Shown piece after piece: positions 54,248-64,000 of a DNA stretch of 64,000 nucleotides. The stretch is from the human T2T-CHM13v2.0 reference genome, Homo sapiens: the NCBI RefSeq assembly GCF_009914755.1, contig NC_060931.1, one strand, 5' to 3'. The translations under genes were made by a program, and so were the position numbers. Position 1 is the stretch's first letter. Each line of letters begins with the position of its first letter. The notes under the pieces were generated by a model. The model worked only from the letters and a program-made list of their open reading frames with translations. It was not told where the DNA came from and did not search any database.

Positions 54248-54750
54248 GGGAGAATGGGGGGAGGTGAGGGATGAAAAAATTACCTAATGGTAATTTGGGT
54301 GATGTTAATACAGAAAACATCACCATTTGGGTGATGTTTACACTAAAACACAGACTTCACCATTTGATAATATATCCACATGCCCGGTGCGGTGGCTCAA
54401 GCCTGTAATCCCAGCACTTTGGGAGGCCAAGGTGAGCAGATTACCTGAGGTCAGGAGTTTGAGACCGGCCTGGCCAACATGGTGAAACCCCATCTCTACT
54501 AAAAATACAAAAATTAGCCGGGCGTGGTGACGCATGCTTGTAATCCCAGCTACTCAGGAAGCCGAGGCAGGAGAATCGCTTGAACCCGGGAGGCAGAGGT
54601 TGCAGTTAGCCAAGATCATGCCACTCCACTCCAGCCTGGCTGACAGAGTGAGACTCTGTCTCAAAAAAAAAAAAAAAAAAAGAAAAAAAAAATATATATA
54701 TATATATCTCCACGTAACAAAACTGGGCTTGTATGCCCCAAATCTATAAT
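54248..54750 (+). mobile_element. L1PB-type 3' end interrupted by an Alu
   Basis: GGTGAGGGATGAAAAAATTACCTA...CAGACTTCACCA | Alu | GTAACAAAACTG..CTTGTA..CCCAAATCTATA. Confidence 0.75.
54382..54692 (+). mobile_element. Alu (AluSx/Sq-like)
   Basis: Full Alu body with poly(A). Confidence 0.94.
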
Positions 54751-55010
54751 ATAAATTATATATAATTTTAATTTTTCATATATAATTATATGTATATTAA
54801 AAATAAACATTGTACAATAATGAGGTATAAACAGAGCGTTTTGAATGAGTTAAAAACCTGTTTAAATTAGCTGGGAAAAATTTTTAAAACTTACTAGTTC
54901 TAAACTCTTTTCAAACCCTTCTGTGAGTTCTATTTTTCATCATTTCTAAGGACTAAAAAAATTAAAGCAACTGACAAATATTTAATGCAAATTGCTTATA
55001 TATGACTGGG

Positions 55011-55533
55011 TGAAAGGGAGGAAAAATATTTTCCTGTCCCCTCCTAGGCTCATGGCTGAAAGCCTAACAACAAAAGACAGATTAACAAGAGAAAAGGATA
55101 CACATTTATTTAATGTAAGTTGTACTTCACATGGCAGCCTTTATAAGGAAAGGAAGACCTGAAGAAACAGTTAAACTGTGTATGTTTCATAGTAGGTTTG
55201 ATGAAGAATAAATAGTCATGGAGAAACATGATTGGAGGGCAAAGGGTATGATCTAATGATAATAAACTGAGGGAAACACAGCAAGGTCAATTTGTTCAGA
55301 TTCTTTTTGTATCCCTATGTCTTCAGACACAAGGACATCCCTTTCCTCTGGGTATAGGGTGGCACCTCTCATATGAGGGTCTTTTGACTTGCTTCAGGGG
55401 AAAATTTAAAAATCCTTCTTAGGTTTTATAACATGCTTCAGGGGAGAAAGGCAAAGGGAAAGCGAGAGTGAATTTCCTGCCTCTGCTGTTTTCTCAAATG
55501 CCATTTTTGGGTAACATATCCTGAACTCCATCA
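55011..55533 (-). mobile_element. ERV1 solo LTR (MER39/MER34-like)
   Basis: Reverse complement starts TGATGGAGTTCAGGATATGTTACCCAAAA; TG...CA termini; flanks CTGGG/CTAGG. Confidence 0.65.
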
Positions 55534-55590
55534 CTAGGTAAGGGCCAGGAATCATTCAGTAACTTCTTTAATTAAATGAAATTAAGGTAA

Positions 55591-55591
<1 letters not shown>

Positions 55592-55627
<36 letters not shown>
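55592..55627. repeat. (TG)n microsatellite
   Basis: About 18 TG units. Confidence 0.95.
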
Positions 55628-57474
55628 TTGGGGAAAGGATAGTGGGAAAGCGGGACAGAAGAATGGTGGGATCTGGTTGTTTCCATATATTTTCATTTCT
55701 CCTGAAATACCCTTTCTATAATCAAGTAAGAAGCGACATTAGTTACATGAATATGTATATATTTATGTACACACACACATATACACAAACACACAACTGG
55801 ACTTCTAGTCTTCTTCCTATCTAAAAGTTATAAAGGGGAAGAATGATGTGTGTTTACTGGAGTAAAAAATTTATATCAGGGATGCATGAATCAATCAATA
55901 GATTTTTCAAGATGATTTCATAGAACTTTTGTGCCAACTCATATGCTATAAATATTAGATGTGCCATACAGAAATTGCTTTTTACCCATAGAGATTCACT
56001 GATAAATCCAAATCCCTCACCATGCTAAATGCAGACTTTCTGCAGAGATAAATGTCATTAACTATTGCTGTACCACTTAGTGCTTTCTCAGTCTACGTAG
56101 GAGCTATGTTCTTTTAGTAGACATCACAAAAAGCAAAGTTGTCTTTCTTGAAAGCTCAATTTTCTTTCATATAATAAAATTAAAAGTTGTTTAATTAGAA
56201 ACCCTACTTAATAGCAATGATTACTAATTTATTTTAAATAAAAAATAAAATAATTTTAAGTGAAAAAAATTATAAATAGTAAAGATGCTCTCAAGACACA
56301 AGAGACCATTCGTGAAATTTGGAAATACTTTTGAAAATTAAGAATAATTTTTAGACAACTTCTCCATTAGCATTCAATTATTCCACCTTTTATAACAAAC
56401 TGTCAACATAAAAGTATAAAAGTTGCCAACATAAAAGTATAAAATTTATCATACAATCAGGATCACAGTTGTAAAAATGAACGACATGTAAATATTTTTT
56501 CCTTATGTGAGTTAAACTTGTTTGCAGCACAGCCAATTTATATGTCATTCTTCTTACCTGTTGAAGTTCTTCAACAGTTGCTTTAACTACAGTGTTTAAG
56601 AATTTTAGAGGTGGTAGAAGAAATTTAGTAGACAGAATGCTGAAATATTCTTTGGCCTTTTATTTCAGAGGAAGACATTTTGGTCATAAGTGAGATATGG
56701 TGTCTTGATGTTATCAGTAGTACTACTTCTGATGATTAATATATCTACATCACTTTAATGTAGAAATGTTTTTGTTTACATTTCTTATTTGATCTTTACA
56801 ATAAACTAATGACATAGAGGGGTAGATAAGTAAAGATAATATTTATTATCATTGATAAACAATTAAGGAATTAAAACAGAATTTTAGAGATTCATCCGGC
56901 ATCTTATTTTGAGAAACAGTAGAGAAGAGACTGACTCATTAACTAATCTTTTGATTTTCATTCTGGAGCCTTACATCATACTAAGTTGCTAATACAGTTG
57001 ATTTCCAAGTGTAGAGTATCTGTCTTATGGCTTATTAAAGGGCATTTAGGCACTGCTGATGATTCATTATGGTCTTCATTTTAATAACATTGCACCACTT
57101 TTAAACGAAAGAAGCATATGAGTTAATCCAAGACATTTGCGATGACTGAGAAAAGAAGGGTGAAGGTTAGAAAAAATTCCAAGATGGTGTAGTATTACAA
57201 GTCTGGATCATGTACCAGGAGACCATATCAAAGTTAAAGTATTTGGAATTTATATATTTTCATAATTTTATGGAAATGTAAATTACTCTATTTAAAAAAA
57301 TTTCTCCTCTCGCTTTTTTCTAATTTTTTGGAAAAGTTGTTTATGAAATCCCCTTCTAATTTTTCCTTCACCTTCACAGATGAAAGACTAACTCTATTAT
57401 TTCACTGCAGCCTGATTAATGACAGAACGCATAATCTGGAAAGGCTAGAAGGGTTGCGGATGATAGGCTGATTT

Positions 57475-57830
57475 GTCTCTCTCTCTCTCTCTCTCTCTCG
57501 ATATATATATACATATATGTACATATATTTTATATATACATATATACGTATATACATATATGTATATACTTATATATACATATATACGTATATACATATA
57601 TGTATATACGTATATATACGTATATATCATATATACATATATATCATATATACGTATATACGTATATATGTATATACATATATGTATATACACATATACG
57701 TATATATGTATATACACACATATACGTATATATGTATATACACACATACATATATACGTATATGTGTGTATATACATATATACATATATTTTAAGATGTA
57801 TACATATATAGATATATATGTATATATATC
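57475..57830. repeat. Compound (CT)n + (TA/TACA/TACG)n microsatellite
   Basis: Direct inspection; source of the spurious YI-rich ORFs. Confidence 0.95.
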
Positions 57831-57844
57831 CTAAAATATATATT

Positions 57845-58205
57845 TATTATCATTGATAAACAAGGAATTGAAACAGAATTTAAGATATTTGTCTCTCTAT
57901 ATATATATCTTAAAGTATATGCTTATTATCACTAATAAGGAATTGAAACAGTTTAAGAGATTTGTCTCTCCCTTTCTATATAAATCTTAAAATGTATATT
58001 TATTATCATTGATCAATAAGGAATTGAAACAGAATTTAAGATATTTGTCTCTCTCTACATATATCTCTGAAAATATATATTATCATTGACAAATCTTACA
58101 TTCTGTTTCAATTCCTTATTTATCTCTCTCTATATATATCTTAAAATATATATATTATCATTGAGAAACAAATAAGGAATTGAAACAGAGAATTGAAGAG
58201 ATTTA
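57845..58205. repeat. ~77-bp minisatellite, 5 units, the fourth internally inverted
   Basis: TATTATCA recurs at 57845, 57924, 58001, 58078 and 58153; core AAGGAATTGAAACAG. Confidence 0.9.
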
Positions 58206-60320
58206 TCCAGGGTCTCATTTTGAGAAGCAGTAGAGCAGAGACTCATCAACTAGTCTTTTGATTCTAACTCTAGTGTCTTCCATCATGCTAAGCTGCTAAT
58301 ACAGTCAACTTCCAAGTGTAGAGTAAAAACAGAGAGCGCTGTTTTTTGAAAAGATCACATTATTTCCTTAAGATCGATTCCCAGAAGAATAAGTTAGTTT
58401 AGAAAGATATAGTTTTTAGTGATGAAAGTTTTTATCAAAGTCTGGTTCAATTTAATTTTCATAAGCAGTGTTTGAATATACCAATTTTTCTGTGCCTCTG
58501 GTTTCATCTTTATTATGTTAATGGGCTGGAAGAATACATTAACTCATTGAGTTAGTTGGCTTTTCCTTTATATTCGTGAGTTTAAACTATTTGTTTATTA
58601 ATCATCAATATTTTCTCTTTTATAACTTCTTTTATGTATTGATTTATTCAACAATATTTATTGAATTCCTATTTTTGCCAGATACTGCTTGACACTAAGA
58701 ATCTAAAGTTGAGAAGAAAGTCATTACTTTCAAACAGTTTGCCATCTGTTGGGTATAGGAAAGCAAAGGGAGGCAAAAAATAATTTGCTGGTATTCATCT
58801 TTTTCCTGCTATAAATAAATTATTACTAAGTAGTTCCCATTATCTGACAAAATATAATCCAAGAACTTTTTCTTTTTAGGCATTATTGCAAAGCAAATAA
58901 AGCACATACTGTTAAGATAAAATGAAATGATTAAATGAGCATAAAGGTGCTGGGATATAAAGCATTAGATTTTAATGGATAATGTCAAATGAACCATTTA
59001 GTAAAACTTGAAATGCAAAATGACTATATACAATTTAAAACTGCAAATGATTAATAATCTCTTCTCTTTTATAAAACTGCCAAGTCTTTTGTGACATTAG
59101 ATTAAAATAATTTTTTTTCTGCACAATTTTCTTTCTTTCCAAAAATGCTTCACTACTATCACATCTATTTAAAATAACTACCATCAGAATTCTATTCATT
59201 TTATTCAATGATCACTTTTAGGACATTGCAATTTGAAAAGCTAGGATAATTATGTAACATATTTAAGTCTATAGATCTATCTTGGAATGCATTGGCGCTA
59301 ATACTTAACATTTGTATTATTATTATTTACAAAACACATTCAGTATAAAAATGTCTTGGAATCTGCAGCAAGGCATGGGAGGGAGAGATGATGAGTCAGT
59401 CCTCGTTCAGAAACATGGTCATGGAAAGACAGCCAAAAGTCTCTAGCGAGACACACAATCTCCAAAAATCTTTTTGTAAACTTCCTTTCTGCCTATCTTC
59501 AGCTTTTTCTCCCTAAATACCTCTGTGCCTCACCATTGCTACTTCCTGTTCAATTAACATCTTTCCTATGATTGACTAGAACATTTCTACCAATTTCCAA
59601 GTTCCATATCTCTATCTTTCCAAAATTTTTCTTGTCTCCATCTTTCTTCATATTTTGGGCAAATTAATTTCTTATTTGTGTGTTCTCAAAGCATTTTCTA
59701 ACTCCCATTATGCCATCTACAAGTGGTAATATTGCAATATGTTTTCTGTTCCTCTCTCCCTTTTGCCAAGAATTGAGCACCTGGGGGAATATTTGTGGAC
59801 TGTTAACAGCAGATGTGAATAATTGAACTAATTACACACTTTTTGAGTAGTGAACGTTTTGAGTAGTGAATGTTAGGATAGAGGTGACAGTTTCTTTGGA
59901 AATATCTGTAGTGCTAAGTGTACAAGTCCTGGGCAGGGCAGAAAAAAAATTACAGAGGGCCAATAATAAGCCTATTTCAGATCCCATTCACAAAAGTCTA
60001 TTTGTTGGAAAATACTAAAGATCTTATTATTATAAAATCCTTTTCATTTTATAAGGAAATGCCATTGTATCAACCTGAGCTCCAGGGCATTTAGACACCA
60101 TTTTCCATAATTTAAAAACTGAGTACAAAGATAAAAATATAAAACACTTTAATTCCCTGTAAGAGAAAATTTAGTTCTTTAATTTTTGATAAAAAATAAT
60201 TATCTTTACTGTAGTTACATTTTACAACAGCTCACTTCAACGCTGGATGAATAAGATGATTTTTAAAACCCTGGAAAGTACATCATACATTACACTAGTA
60301 AGACTAATAGACTAGATATT

Positions 60321-61638
60321 GCTGGCAAGATGGACGAATAGAAACAGCTCTGGTCTGCAGCTCCCAGTGAGATCAACACAGAAGGTGGGTGATTTCTGCA
60401 TTTTCAACTGAGATACCCGGTTCATCTCACTGGGACTGGTTGGAAAGTGGGTGCAGCCCAAGGAGGGCAAGCTGAAGCAGGGTGGGGCGTTGCCTCACTT
60501 GGGAAGGGCAAGGGGTCAGGGAACTCCATCTCCCAGCCCAGGGAAGCCATTAGGGACTGTACTGTGCACTCCAGCCCAGATACTGTGCTTTTCCCACAGT
60601 CTTCGCAACCTGCAGACCAGGAGATTCCCGCTGGTGCCTGCACCACCAGCGCCCTGGGTTTCCAGCACAAAACTGGACGGCCATTTGCGCAGACACTGAG
60701 CTAGCCCCAGGAGTTTTTTTTTCATACCCCAGTGGCACCTGGAACACCAGAGAGACAGAACTATTCACTCCCTTGGAAAGGGGGCTGAAGCCAGGGAGCC
60801 AAGTGGTCTGGCTCTGTGGGTCCCACCCCCATGGATCCCAGCAGGCTAAGATCAACAGGTTTGAAATTCTCGCTGCTAGTACAGCAGTCTGAGCTCAACC
60901 TGGGATGCTAGAGCTTGGTAGAGGAGGGGCATCCACCATTGCTGAGGCTTGAGTAGGCAGTTTTACCCTCTCAGTGTAAACAAAGCCACCTGGAAGTTTG
61001 AACTGGGTGGAGCCCACTGCAGCTTAGCAAGGCCACTGCTGCCAGAATGCCTCTCTTAGATTCCCAGGGCCATCTCTGAAAAAAAGGCAGCAGCCCCAGT
61101 CAGGGACTTATAGATAAAATCTCCACCTCCCTGGGACAGAACACCTAGGGGAAGGGGTGGTTGTGGGTACAGTTTCAGCAGACTTAAACATCCCTGCCTG
61201 GCAGCTATGAAGACAGCAGCAGATCTAACAGCACAGCATTCGAGCTCTTCTAAGGGACAGACTGCCTCCTCAAGTGGGTCCCTGACCCCCATGTATCCTG
61301 ACTGGGAGACACCTCCCAGTAGGGGCTGACAGACGCCTCATACAGAAGAGCTCTAGCTGGCATCTGGCAGGTGTCCCTCTGGGACGAAGCTTCCAGAGGA
61401 AGGAACAGGCAGCAATCTTTGCAGTTCTGCAGGCTCTGCCAGTGATACCTAGGCAAACAGGGTCTGGAGTGGACCTCCAGCAAACTCCAGCAGACCTGCA
61501 GCAGAGGGGCCTGACTGTTAGAAGGAAAACTAGCAGATATAAATGAATAGTACCAACATCAACAAAAAGGATGTCCACTCAGAGACCCCAGCCAAAGGTC
61601 ACCAACTTCAGAGACCAAAGGTAGATAAATCCACAAAG
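60321..61638 (+). promoter_or_regulatory. L1 5' UTR internal promoter region (YY1 site altered to CAAGATGGAC; CpG-depleted)
   Basis: Position at the L1 5' end; L1 sense/antisense promoters are established knowledge; activity of this copy is not shown. Confidence 0.45.
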
Positions 61639-64000
61639 ATGGGGAGAAACCAGCACAAACAGGCTGAAAATTCCAAAAACCTGAACGTCTCTTCTCCTCC
61701 AAAGGATCACATCTCCTCCCCAGCAAGGAAACAAAACTGGATGGAGAGTGTGTTTGACGAATTGAGAGAAGTAGGCTTCAGAAGGTGGGTAATAACAAAC
61801 TCCTCTGAGCTAAAGGAGCATGTTCTAACCCAATGCAAGGAAGTCAAGAACCTTGAAAAAAGGTTAGACAAATTGTTAACTAGAATAACCAGTTTAGAGA
61901 AGAACATAAATGACCTGATGGAGCTGAAAAACACAGCAAGAGAACCTCGTGAAGCATACACAAGTATCAATAGCCAAATCAGTCAAGCAGAAGAAAGGGT
62001 AACAGAGATTGAAAATCAACTTAGTGAAATAAAGCGAGAAGACAAAATTAGAGAAAAAACAGTGAAAAGAAACGAACAAAAACTCCAGGAAATATGGGAC
62101 TATGTGAAAAGACCAAATATACGTTTGATTATTGTACCTGAAAGTGACAGGGAGAATGAAACCAAGTTGGAAAACACTCTTCAGGATATTATTGAGGAGA
62201 ACTTCCTCAACCTAGCAAGGCAGGCCAACATTCAAATTCAGGAAATACAGAGAACCACCATGAAGATACTCCTCGAGAAGAGCAACCCCAAGACACATAA
62301 TCATCAGATTCACCAAGGTTGAAATGAAGGAAAAAATATTAAGGGCAGCCAGAGAGAAAGGTCAGTTTACTCACAAAGGGACGCCCATCAGACTAACAGT
62401 GGACTCTCAGCAGAAACTCTACAAGCCAGAAGAGAGTGGGGGCCAATATTTAACATTCTTAAAGAAAAGAATTTTCAACCCAGAATTTCATATCCAGCCG
62501 AATTAAGCTTCATAAATGAAGGAGAAATAAAACCCTTTACAGACAAGCAAATGCTGAGAGATTTTGTCACCATCAGGCTTGCCTTACAAGAGCTCCTGAA
62601 GGAAGCACTAAACATGGAAAGGAACAATTGGTACCAGCCACTGCAAAAACATGCCAAATTATAAAGACCATGGATGTTATGAAGAAACTGCATCAACTAA
62701 TGGGCAAAATAACCAGCTAGCCTCATAATGAAAAGATCAGATTCACACATAACAATATTAACCTTAAATGTAAACAGGTTAAATGTCACAATTAAAAGAC
62801 ACAGACTGGCAAATTGGATAAAGAGTCAAGACTTACCAGTGTGCTGAATTCAGAGACCCATTTCATGTGCAAAGACTCACATAGGCTCAAAATAAAGGGG
62901 TGGAGGAATATTTACCAAGCAAAAGGAAAGCAAAAAAAAAGCAGGGGTTGCAATCCTAGCCCCTGATAAAACAACTTTAAGCCAACAAAGATCAAAAGAG
63001 ACAAAGAAGGGCATTACATAAAGGTAAAGGGATCAATGCAACAAGAAGAGCTAACTATCCTAAATATATATGCACGCAATACAGGAGCACCCAGATTCAT
63101 AAAGCAAGTTCTTAGAGAGCTACAAGGAGACTTAGACTCCCACACAATAATAGTGGGAGACTTTAACACCCCACTGTTAAACTCTCCACCTCTCCACCCC
63201 AAATCAACAGAATATACATTCTTCTCAACACCACATCACACTTATTCTAAAATTGACCACATAATTAGAAGTAAAACACTCCTCAGCAAATGCAAAAGAA
63301 CTAAAAAAATGACAGACTCTCAACCACAGTGCAATCAAATTAGAACCCAGGATTAATAAACTGACTCAAAACCACATAACTACATGGAAACTGAGCAACC
63401 TGCTCCTGATGACTACTGGGTAATAATGAAATGAAGGCAAAAATAAAGATGTGACACAAAGACAATGAGAACAAGGAACCAACATACCAGAATCTCTGGT
63501 ACACATTGAAAGCAGTGTGTAGAGGGAAATTTATAGCACTAAATGCCCACAAGAGAAAGCAGGAAAGATCTAAAATTGACAACCTAACATCACAATTAAA
63601 AGAACTAGAGAAGCAAGAGCAAACACATTCAAAAGCTAGCAAAAGACAAGAAATAAGATCAGAGCAGAACTGAAAGAGATAGAGACACAGAAAACCCTTC
63701 AAAAAAAAAATCCAGAAGCTGGTTTTTTGAAAAGATCAACAAAATAAATAGACTGCTAGCCAGACTAATAAAGAAGAAAAGAGAGAAGAATCAAATAGAT
63801 GCAATAAAATTGATAAAGGGGATATCACCACTGATCCCACAGAAATACAAATGACCATCAGAGAATACTATAAACACCTCTATGCAAATAAACTAGAAAA
63901 TCTAGAAGAAATGGATAAGTTCCTAGACACATACACCCTTCAAAGACTAAACCAGGACAAAGTCGAATCCATGAATAGACCAATAACAAGTTCTGAAATT
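60321..64000 (+). mobile_element. L1PA7/8-like LINE-1 with intact 5' end (5' UTR, ORF1 ~61639-62664 frameshifted, ORF2 from ~62728 disrupted); runs off the window
   Basis: Starts GCTGGCAAGATGGACGAATAG; ORF1p MGRNQHKQAENSKN...IWDYVKRPN; ORF2 EN motifs (IVGDFNTPL, SKIDH). Confidence 0.95.

Noticed and set aside
57445-57834. Tyr/Ile-rich ORFs of 64-112 aa
   Set aside because: Translations of a TA-rich microsatellite
57845-58205. CRISPR-like array: regularly spaced repeats ending GGAATTGAAAC, like some prokaryotic CRISPR repeats
   Set aside because: The intervening sequences are similar to each other rather than unique spacers, one unit is inverted, there are no cas genes, and the context is primate DNA; it is a minisatellite

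Overview
AT-rich primate (catarrhine, most likely human) genomic DNA dominated by interspersed repeats: Alu (J/S/Y), L1PA/L1M/HAL1, L2, MIR, MaLR and ERV LTRs, and hAT MITEs. I found no intact protein-coding gene or spliced coding exon. The only gene-derived element is a full-length processed pseudogene of MTHFD2 on the minus strand (~16021-18080), with poly(A), a poly(A) signal and a 14-bp target-site duplication (TSD). All long ORFs in the track are L1 ORF1/ORF2 fragments, pseudogene fragments, or Alu/LTR/microsatellite artefacts. The most unusual observations are structural: (1) a MIR-derived ~77-bp minisatellite with one unit micro-inverted, tied to a ~180-bp local duplication (56.8-58.3 kb); (2) an old ~130-bp local duplicate sitting inside a MIR (26.3/27.4 kb); (3) a ~40-bp inverted duplication next to a (TA)n tract (39.7/40.2 kb); (4) a mutation cluster on the RT active site of a young L1; (5) an ORF0-like antisense ORF in an L1PA7/8 5' UTR. 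I see no convincing evidence of a novel biological system. Repeat subfamily names come from recalled consensus motifs and need RepeatMasker/Dfam confirmation.
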